Assembly: GCA_964505875.1 (NCBI GenBank)
Contig: CAZDJT010000001.1
Coordinates: 1-22,710, forward strand
DNA from: Candidatus Woesearchaeota archaeon
GTDB lineage: Archaea; Nanobdellota; Nanobdellia; Pacearchaeales; GW2011-AR1
Length of the DNA: 22,710 nt
Direction of reading: 5' to 3'
In this document: positions 1-6,603 of the stretch, piece after piece
Layout: each line of letters begins with the position of its first letter
Position numbering within the stretch: the first letter of the stretch is position 1
The notes under the pieces: generated by a model
What the model was told of the DNA's origin: nothing
The model's database searches: none
Seen by the model: only the letters and a program-made list of their open reading frames with translations
Made by a program: the position numbers and the translations under genes

Positions 1-128
1 ATTTGCGAAACAATTATATCTTCACCTTTCGGAATCTTAATAACTAACACAGGTCTTCTCTTAGTCTGAATCAAATTTGAGAAAGGAAAATCTATTATAA
101 CAATATCGCCTTTCACAAGTCTTTCCAT
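1..128 (-). CDS. MazF/PemK-family type II toxin (mRNA interferase); only the N-terminal 42 codons are present, the rest lies beyond the window start
   Basis: Not in the ORF track because it runs off the edge. Manual minus-strand translation from ATG 128..126 gives MERLVKGDIVIIDFPFSNLIQTKRRPVLVIKIPKGEDIIVSQ.. This matches the MazF/PemK N-terminal signature GD(I/V)xxxDFPF...(K/R)RRPxLV(I/L). The ATG lies inside the last codons of the upstream antitoxin frame (16-nt overlap), which is typical TA coupling. Confidence 0.75.
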   Translation of the reverse strand, partial: MERLVKGDIVIIDFPFSNLIQTKRRPVLVIKIPKGEDIIVSQ

Positions 129-310
129 ATCTCGTCTTCCTCTTTATTCAACCATGTCTTAGCCAGCGATTTTTCTGACCATAAAGCTGACTCAGGAACT
201 GACTTCCTCAATATTATCTCATCATCTTTCCTTATTATAAGAAGTTTTTCACCTTCTTTGATATCTTTTCGCATATCTAAAGGTATAACTATCTACCCTC
301 TAGAACTCAT
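113..310 (-). pseudogene. AbrB/SpoVT-fold antitoxin (MazE-like) with an in-frame TAG at codon 6 (293..295); a 53-aa N-truncated product could start at ATG 274..272
   Basis: Manual translation gives MSSRG*IVIPLDMRKDIKEGEKLLIIRKDDEIILRKSVPESALWSEKSLAKTWLNKEEDEIWKDL, ending at TGA 113..115. SSRG-x-IVIP..R..I.EG-x-x-L is the AbrB/SpoVT swapped-hairpin signature, where x is normally Gln. The frame is too short or interrupted for the ORF track. Confidence 0.6.
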
Positions 311-382
311 CTTAGTTGTATCAAATATCATAAATAAGATTCGTCTTATTTATATATAAACTTTGCGTTCAAAGAATAACTT

Positions 383-1819
383 TCATCTCTTCCTCAGCAA
401 TCTCTCTAAAACTTCTTTGGCTATCTTAAAGTCTGCTCTCTTATCTGTCTCTTTCATTATCTCGCCCATAAGAAAGTTAAGAGCGTTCTTCTCGCCATTA
501 TTATAATCTTCAACTGCCTTCTTGTTTTTTCCTATAGCAACTAAAGCATATTTCTCCAATTCTTTCAAGTCAGTTATCTTTCCTTCGGACGCAGAAGGCA
601 TAAAGCTAGCAGGGTAGAATTTTTTCAGAATTTCCTTACCCTTCAAAGGAGTTATCTTGCCTTCTTTAACCAATCTTAATAAAGCAATAAAATGATCCGT
701 ATTAATATTAGCTTTATCCAAGGAAGAATTATTATGATGCAAAAAGCGGAGAAGTTCAATAGTCACCCAAGGTAAAGCAAACTTACCATCAACACTCTCA
801 GCAATTTTCTCATAGAATTCAACAACATCTATATTTTTAGCAAGAACTTCTGCATTACTTTCATCAATCTTGTATTTCTTCACAAGTTTTTCCAATTTTA
901 CATCTGGACTTTCAGGCAAGCTCTTTTTTATATTATCAATAAAAGTTTTATCTAATCCTATGTCTGCCAAATCAGGGTCACTAATGAATCTGTAATCCTC
1001 TGCTCCTTCTTTTTCTCTCATTAATTCCGTCTTCCCCTTCAAATCATCATACCTTCTTGTCTCTTTCTTTTTACCGCCTTCTTTCTCTTGTCTTTCCAAT
1101 TCATAATTAATAGCTTTTTCAATACTATCAAGTGAACTTATATTCTTTATCTCAACTCTTTCAGTCTTTCCAAGGATACCTACAATTGCTTGTTGTTTTG
1201 CAATTGAAGGGCTGGAGAATTTCGTGTTCTCCAGATTAACGTTAACATCAACTTTTACTCCAGCGTTTGAATCAACTGCTTTCAAATAAGCAAGCGAATG
1301 CAAAAGTTTCTTCAACCAAGAAACAACTTCCTCCGCATCTGCAAAATCCGGCTCTGTCACAATCTCAACAAGAGGAAGTCCGGAACGATTATAATCTATT
1401 TTCCCTGTTTCTGGCTCCCAAGAAGCAGGATCCTCTTCTAAATGCATACTTGATATCTTCACGCTAGCAAACTCCCCCATAATTCCAACCGGAAAAGCCT
1501 TAGCTCCAGAAAGAGTATTCTGATATCCTTTAGGTAAATCTGGCCAATCATAATGTTTTCTCTGCCAAACAAGCTTAGAGTTAATTTTGCATCCAAGCAT
1601 TAGACCTATCTGAACTGCCTTCTTCAAAGCCTCACCATTAGGAAGCATTGGCTTTGCTCCCGGCTGTCCAGTGCATATAGGACAAATATTCTTGTTTCCT
1701 TGTAATCCTCTTTCTCTGCTAGCTTTACATCTGCAGAAAAGTTTCTCCTTAGTCAGAACATAAGCATGTATCTCCAATCCTATCTTTCCTTTTCTCACCA
1801 CTTCATTCGTCTGCTTCAT
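383..1819 (-). CDS. gatB: Asp/Glu-tRNA amidotransferase subunit B (GatB)
   Basis: ORF track 383..1828. GatB motifs present: GLEIH, CPICTGQPGAKP, WPDLPKGYQ, and the C-terminal YqeY-like tail LNFLMGEIMKETDKRAD. A length near 480 aa fits GatB rather than GatE. The track start is TTG. ATG 1819 lies 20 nt from a TATA-like box (1839..1847), so I moved the start there. Stop is TGA. Confidence 0.85.
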   Translation of the reverse strand: MKQTNEVVRKGKIGLEIHAYVLTKEKLFCRCKASRERGLQGNKNICPICTGQPGAKPMLPNGEALKKAVQIGLMLGCKINSKLVWQRKHYDWPDLPKGYQNTLSGAKAFPVGIMGEFASVKISSMHLEEDPASWEPETGKIDYNRSGLPLVEIVTEPDFADAEEVVSWLKKLLHSLAYLKAVDSNAGVKVDVNVNLENTKFSSPSIAKQQAIVGILGKTERVEIKNISSLDSIEKAINYELERQEKEGGKKKETRRYDDLKGKTELMREKEGAEDYRFISDPDLADIGLDKTFIDNIKKSLPESPDVKLEKLVKKYKIDESNAEVLAKNIDVVEFYEKIAESVDGKFALPWVTIELLRFLHHNNSSLDKANINTDHFIALLRLVKEGKITPLKGKEILKKFYPASFMPSASEGKITDLKELEKYALVAIGKNKKAVEDYNNGEKNALNFLMGEIMKETDKRADFKIAKEVLERLLRKR

Positions 1820-1872
1820 AACTCCCAATAGAACAGAGTATTTTTAATTCTTGTTATATATCAAAGTCAGAT

Positions 1873-2760
1873 TTAATAATCAATTATAACTGCACCATTA
1901 GCACCGCTAGCTCCAGGATTCATCCTAGCACTGGAACTTGCGCCAGATGACGTTCCAATATTTCTTCCACATTCAGCATAAGCAGGATAAGTAATACAAT
2001 CATAACCAGACCCTCCAGAAACTTCAATCGCTCCAGGCGCTCCTGGTAAACCATCAACAGTATCTCCGCCCTTGGCCCCGTTGGCTCCTTGAGCATATCC
2101 TCCGCTTCCGCCAACACGATTAATATCTCCATTCAATCCAGAACCTCCAAGAGCAACCGTAGTAGTCCAAGCTTTTCCTCCTTTGCCTCCAGTTGCAGAA
2201 ACAAGAGTACTAAAGCTGCTTGTCCCTCCATCTTTCCCATCAGAACGCAAATCTGGAGGAGATACCCAATTAGTTCCTGGAGAACCTCCAGTTCCAACGC
2301 TAATTGTATAAGTTGTACCAGAAGAAACAGTCAATATTTTTTCAGCATATCCTCCACTTCCTCCTCCTGTCGCTCCCCCATATTCTTGAGTTCCCATAGA
2401 TGAACCTCCGCCAGCACCCCAGACTTTTACACGTATTTTAGAAACTCCAGAAGGAACAATCCACTGATAACTTCCATTAGGTATAAAACTAATGCTATTG
2501 CTAAATGAACCAGAAACCGTTCCCGTTCCACTTCCATTCCCCAATTTCCCCAGATTGATAGCATCCTGCACAGTCATGCTATCCCCATTTATAGAAACAA
2601 CAAGCTCATCAGCAGTATGTCCGAAAACAGCCGCTTGGCTTACTGTTTTAAAAGAATTTCCGAAGTTAAAAGCATAAGCGCTGAAAACTCCAGCAAGCAG
2701 AACAATAGAAACTATTATAGCTAGAAAATACTTCTTATTAATATTGACCTCTATTTTCAT
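1873..2760 (-). CDS. Secreted or membrane-anchored glycine-rich-domain protein (phage-tail-fibre-like Gly-rich repeat domain)
   Basis: ORF track 1873..2781 starts at TTG. ATG 2760 (MKIEVNINKKYFLAIIVSIVLLAGVF..) sits 23 nt from TATA 2783..2790. It has an N-terminal signal anchor, then SYQWIVPSGVSKIRVKVWGAGGGS..GGGSGGYAEK..VGTGG..GGKGG..GGSGG...GAVIIDY. This is the x-VP-x-GV-x-x-(I/V)-x-V-x-x-WGAGGG pattern of glycine-rich domains. Confidence 0.6.
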   Translation of the reverse strand: MKIEVNINKKYFLAIIVSIVLLAGVFSAYAFNFGNSFKTVSQAAVFGHTADELVVSINGDSMTVQDAINLGKLGNGSGTGTVSGSFSNSISFIPNGSYQWIVPSGVSKIRVKVWGAGGGSSMGTQEYGGATGGGSGGYAEKILTVSSGTTYTISVGTGGSPGTNWVSPPDLRSDGKDGGTSSFSTLVSATGGKGGKAWTTTVALGGSGLNGDINRVGGSGGYAQGANGAKGGDTVDGLPGAPGAIEVSGGSGYDCITYPAYAECGRNIGTSSGASSSARMNPGASGANGAVIIDY

Positions 2761-2782
2761 ACCAGAAAGAGGGAAAAGCAAT

Positions 2783-2790
2783 TATATAAA
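2783..2790 (-). promoter_or_regulatory. Archaeal TATA box for the glycine-rich protein gene
   Basis: The minus strand reads TTTATATA, 23 nt upstream of ATG 2760. Confidence 0.5.
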
Positions 2791-2838
2791 TCTTATTTGT
2801 TACCAGTTTCATGTCGCATATATAACTTATTAGAAACA

Positions 2839-2847
2839 TTTATATAA
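2839..2847 (+). promoter_or_regulatory. Archaeal TATA box for the vapBC operon (leaderless)
   Basis: TTTATATAA ends 24 nt before ATG 2871. There is no Shine-Dalgarno sequence in between. Confidence 0.55.
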
Positions 2848-2870
2848 TAGTTATATTTAACAGTTATACG

Positions 2871-3098
2871 ATGACAATGGAAGCCAAGACAAGGAGATGG
2901 GGAAATTCTCTGGGCGTAGTTATACCTGCAGAAATAGCAGAAAAGTTGAATCTAAAGCCGGAAGAAACAATTCTTATTGATATTTCAAAGAAAAGCAATG
3001 CCCTTAAAGAGCTATTCGGTTCTATAAAGCTGAAAAAATCAACTGAACAAATACTAAAAGAGGGAAGAGCAGAATTAGAAGGCAAATGGTTGAAGTAA
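2871..3098 (+). CDS. vapB: AbrB/MazE-fold antitoxin (VapB-type)
   Basis: MTMEAKTRRWGNSLGVVIPAEIAEKLNLKPEE carries the (R/K)xWGNSLGVxIP AbrB/MazE signature. The 3' end overlaps the PIN gene by 13 nt. Confidence 0.8.
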   Translation: MTMEAKTRRWGNSLGVVIPAEIAEKLNLKPEETILIDISKKSNALKELFGSIKLKKSTEQILKEGRAELEGKWLK

Positions 3099-3460
3099 GA
3101 AGATGTCTGGATACTTATGCGCTTGTTGAGATTGCAAAAGGTAATGCGAAGTTTTCTGAATATATTAATTCAAACTTCATTTTAACTGACTTAACTTTGG
3201 CCGAATTCTATTCTGTTCTATTAAGAGAAGAGGGGGATAAAGTTGCTGACTATTGGTTTAAGAAACTGGAGAGATATTCAATATCGGCAAGTAAAAATAT
3301 ACTAATAGAAGCGATAAAGTTTAGATATAGTAATAGAAAATCAGGCATTTCATTCTTTGATTCAGTGGGATATATCTTTGCACTAAAGAATGGATATTAT
3401 TTCGTCACTGGAGATAAAGAGTTTGAAAATTTTCCCAATGTTGAATTCAAGAAGAAATAA
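3086..3460 (+). CDS. vapC: PIN-domain ribonuclease toxin (VapC)
   Basis: 124 aa. N-terminal LDTYALVEI, with later acidic positions in FFDSVGY and VTGDKEF, fits the spacing of PIN acidic residues. It is translationally coupled to the upstream antitoxin. Confidence 0.75.
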   Translation: MVEVRRCLDTYALVEIAKGNAKFSEYINSNFILTDLTLAEFYSVLLREEGDKVADYWFKKLERYSISASKNILIEAIKFRYSNRKSGISFFDSVGYIFALKNGYYFVTGDKEFENFPNVEFKKK

Positions 3461-3462
3461 TC

Positions 3463-4452
3463 TCAATCTTTCTTCTTAGCAAACGTTCTTGCAACAAGCA
3501 AAGGAAAAAGAATTGTAGCATCTCCAAAAACTTTAACACTCTCAGCTTTAGGAAGAATCTTGCCCCAAGAAATTGCCTCTTCAGGCAAAGCTCCAGCGTC
3601 GCTTCCATCAAACTCTTGCGATGTATTGACGTAAACGCTATAATCTGCTCCATTACGAAGCATATTAGCATTAAGAATAGCGTGCTTGACGACTCCTACC
3701 CCCAATATAATCAATCCAGACTTCTTCAGCCCAATTGTTGCATCATTTAATCTCTTAGTATCTCCAACTAGATCTATCAGAAAATCTTCTCTCTTAAAGC
3801 TAAAGAAATAAATATTATCTCCAATAGCTCCATCAGTCAAAGCAGGGCAGAATATCCTTATCTTATTCTTCCAAGCCCAATAGCATATGCTTCTCTTATC
3901 ATTTATTCTCTCTCCCAACTTCCAAATGATATCGCTAGCTGTCGCAACTTTTCCCGTCTTCTTCTGCTCCTGATACAACTCTTCAAGAATAGGCTGGAAA
4001 AAAGCTTCAAATTTTACATAAAGGTCATTAGGGGCATAAACATTCCCAATTCTATTTATCCCTTTCTCTCGCAGTTCCGCTCCTACAGCTCTGAAATCTC
4101 CTAAAATAAAGTCTCCAAGGCATTTTATTATATCTTCTTCAATGCCGCCAGCAGTTGTAACAATAACTTCAACTTTCTTGTGCTCAACTAAATAACGAAA
4201 AATATCGCGAAGCCCTGAACTAACCATGTTGCTAGTATATCCAAGAAATATTGTCGCTTTATCCGCAATCATTTTGTTTACTATTGAAACTGCTCTAGAA
4301 AACTCTGTCGCTTGAAAGCCCGTAGAAGCAAAACTATCAATTATCTTCTCATAGTCTGCCCCAGCATTGAAGTCATATCCTTTAACTCCCTTCCCTTCCA
4401 CTTTCTCGCTCTTCCTTAGTAAGTTCTTCCTAGCTATTTTCTCATTATCCAT
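3463..4452 (-). CDS. dys: Deoxyhypusine synthase
   Basis: 329 aa. TSNMVSSGLRDIFRYLVEHKKVEVIVTTAGGIEEDIIKC is the canonical DHS core. A TATA-like ATTTAAATA box (4474..4482) lies 22 nt upstream of ATG 4452. Confidence 0.9.
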   Translation of the reverse strand: MDNEKIARKNLLRKSEKVEGKGVKGYDFNAGADYEKIIDSFASTGFQATEFSRAVSIVNKMIADKATIFLGYTSNMVSSGLRDIFRYLVEHKKVEVIVTTAGGIEEDIIKCLGDFILGDFRAVGAELREKGINRIGNVYAPNDLYVKFEAFFQPILEELYQEQKKTGKVATASDIIWKLGERINDKRSICYWAWKNKIRIFCPALTDGAIGDNIYFFSFKREDFLIDLVGDTKRLNDATIGLKKSGLIILGVGVVKHAILNANMLRNGADYSVYVNTSQEFDGSDAGALPEEAISWGKILPKAESVKVFGDATILFPLLVARTFAKKKD

Positions 4453-4492
4453 AAAAAAGAGACAAAAAAGAGCTATTTAAATCTGCGGAAAT

Positions 4493-5515
4493 CTATTTCC
4501 CGCCAAACCTTCTCTGTCTTCTTCCAAATTCTGAAACTGCTGTTTTCAAGTCAGAAGCGCCAAAATCTGGAAAATGCTTATCACTGAAATAAAGCTCTGC
4601 ATAAGCAGACTGAAAGGGCATCAGGCCGGAAGTCCTTAACTCTCCGGAAGTCCTTATAATTAAATCAGGATCTGGAATTCCAGCAGAATATAAATAAGAA
4701 TTAAAACTTTCCTCACTAATTTTTCCTTTCTTCTCTTCTAATATTTTATTCACAGCATTAAGAATCTCTTCTCTTCCGCCGTAATCAAGGCAAATCTGCA
4801 GATTAAACTCTCTGTATTTCTCAGTTTGCTTTTCCAATTCTTCTATAAGAGAAAGAAGTTTTCCCGGCAACCTATCTTTTCTTCCTAAATGTTTAAATCT
4901 TATCTTGTTCATCTCTAAATCTTCTCTGAATTTTTCTAAAACAGAATAAACTATCGCAAATATAGAATCAACTTCTCTCTTATCTCTCTTCCAATTCTCT
5001 GTTGAAAATCCCCAAAAAGTAATGTATTTCGTGCCGCATTTCTTTGCTTCTTCAATAAGCTCTTTAATATGTTCATAACTTGCAGCAGTATAGTGCCCTA
5101 AACTGGAATCAAGTCCATTCTTGACTGCCCATCTTCTATTTCCATCAGGAATTATAACTATATGCTCAGGTACTTCTTTTCTGCCGAAAACATGTTTGCC
5201 AAGATTAACCAAGCTCTTAGCTTTATCATAAAGTAAGTTGCCACTCGTAACAATTCTAAAATCTGGATAAATCTTCTCAGCTTCCTTCCAATAATATTTC
5301 ATTCCTGTAATCTTGGAAAATCCTGGTTCTTTTTGCAACCACAAAATAAACTCTTGCAATCTCCTTTCCTCTCCTTGAGCAATAATAAAGACTTCTCCGC
5401 TCTCTTTGTTCATGACTATTCCTTTAAGCTCATTTTTTTTAGCCTGCTTTGAGATAAAATATCTGAATCCAACACCTTGCACTCTTCCAAAAAGAGATAT
5501 TTCTAATTCTTTCAT
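4493..5515 (-). CDS. uppS: Fusion protein: N-terminal acylphosphatase-like domain plus cis-prenyltransferase (UppS / di-trans,poly-cis-polyprenyl diphosphate synthase)
   Basis: aa 1-90 contain FGRVQGVGFRYF (nt 5462..5488) and GIVMN, the acylphosphatase Arg and Asn motifs. aa 115-340 contain HIVIIPDGNRRWA (D at 5144..5146), FSTENWKR, IRTSGE and a C-terminal RRFG, the UppS motifs. It is one uninterrupted frame. Stop is TAG. The start overlaps the upstream DHH gene stop (ATGA). Confidence 0.85.
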   Translation of the reverse strand: MKELEISLFGRVQGVGFRYFISKQAKKNELKGIVMNKESGEVFIIAQGEERRLQEFILWLQKEPGFSKITGMKYYWKEAEKIYPDFRIVTSGNLLYDKAKSLVNLGKHVFGRKEVPEHIVIIPDGNRRWAVKNGLDSSLGHYTAASYEHIKELIEEAKKCGTKYITFWGFSTENWKRDKREVDSIFAIVYSVLEKFREDLEMNKIRFKHLGRKDRLPGKLLSLIEELEKQTEKYREFNLQICLDYGGREEILNAVNKILEEKKGKISEESFNSYLYSAGIPDPDLIIRTSGELRTSGLMPFQSAYAELYFSDKHFPDFGASDLKTAVSEFGRRQRRFGGK

Positions 5516-6561
5516 TTTATCTCCTCAGCTATTGCTTCTCTGAACTTAATTAAATCATCTGATTTTACCCTCGCTCCGACAGCATCTTCATGCCCTCCAC
5601 CAGTCGCATTTTCAAATCTTCCAATTATCTTTTCAAGCATTTTCTTCACTCCTTTCCCTCTTAAAGAAAGATTAGATATTCCTTCTTTAATATAAGCAAC
5701 AACAATATATTTGTCAGGGTAAAGATAGCAAAGTTTATTGGAAATCTCCGCACTCATGCTCATATCTCCACCATATTGATAGAAAATAAGCTTTCCCTCT
5801 GCTTCTTCTCCAGCTTTCTCCACAAAATAATCAAATTTCTTTTTCATCTCATAATATTTGCTTCTAAAGCTATTATTTGATTCCATCTCGCTAAAAACAT
5901 CACTCGGCTGTCTGCAATTCAAAAGAAAATTCTGCATCTCAATGGTATGGCTTGCAGAATCCTTCAATCCAAATCCGACAGCTTGAGCTATTCTTCCTAT
6001 TTCACTGCCATAATAAGCGTCAAATGGTTCTTTGAGTCCAGAAGCCCAAAATTCGGGATAATGCTTTGCAAACTCCAAGGCAAAATCAGGCATAAAATGG
6101 TCAGCAATGCAACCCATTACAGCAACCCACATATCTTCTTTCCTCTTAGTTATAGAATAAGAAAGATAAGTTACAGGCTCGGAACTTTTATCTTTGCCTT
6201 TGTTATGTGTAGGATTGTATGAATACATGTTCTTGTATGAAAACTTTTTTCTCTTCAAGTCATGATGATCAATCCAGACAATTGGTAAATTCAAAGCAGA
6301 TATAAAATCAACAAATTCATCTGATATAATAGGTTTATCCAAAATAAAGACATAATCTGCTCCCAGCTCTTCAGCTTTCTTAGCATATTGCAAGTTCAAT
6401 TCCGGGCTGCCTCTTATAGCAACTCCTTTCCCTCTTCCCAAGAATTTTCTCAATAAGAGAAAACTGCATAAACCGTCTGCATCATTATCATAAAAAAAGA
6501 TAGGATTCTGAGCGTTCTCTAAATGCTCCCTTATCTCTTCTATCTGCTTATTTGTTAACAT
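5512..6561 (-). CDS. DHH/DHHA1-family phosphoesterase (small RecJ/NrnA-like)
   Basis: 349 aa. Motifs: YDNDADGLCS (DHH motif I), VWIDHHD (motif III), GGGHEDAVGA (DHHA1 GGGH). It overlaps the uppS-fusion start by 4 nt. Confidence 0.8.
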   Translation of the reverse strand: MLTNKQIEEIREHLENAQNPIFFYDNDADGLCSFLLLRKFLGRGKGVAIRGSPELNLQYAKKAEELGADYVFILDKPIISDEFVDFISALNLPIVWIDHHDLKRKKFSYKNMYSYNPTHNKGKDKSSEPVTYLSYSITKRKEDMWVAVMGCIADHFMPDFALEFAKHYPEFWASGLKEPFDAYYGSEIGRIAQAVGFGLKDSASHTIEMQNFLLNCRQPSDVFSEMESNNSFRSKYYEMKKKFDYFVEKAGEEAEGKLIFYQYGGDMSMSAEISNKLCYLYPDKYIVVAYIKEGISNLSLRGKGVKKMLEKIIGRFENATGGGHEDAVGARVKSDDLIKFREAIAEEIK

Positions 6562-6603
6562 TAAAACAATGAAGAAAAAGCTCTTTTAAGGCTTTGTGTT
6601 TAG

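Noticed and set aside
293-295. TAG as a reassigned sense codon (Gln recoding or pyrrolysine) across the genome
   Set aside because: TAG ends three well-conserved genes at their expected C-termini (uppS fusion ..RRFGGK, lig, Cys-rich gene). No pyl genes or suppressor tRNA are visible. A single point mutation explains the one in-frame TAG. Local read-through remains possible but global recoding is not supported.
3458-3465. vapC and dys stop codons converge with only 2 nt between them and no terminator space
   Set aside because: This is ordinary for a compact genome and I saw no structure there. It only suggests that vapBC is a tight insertion.
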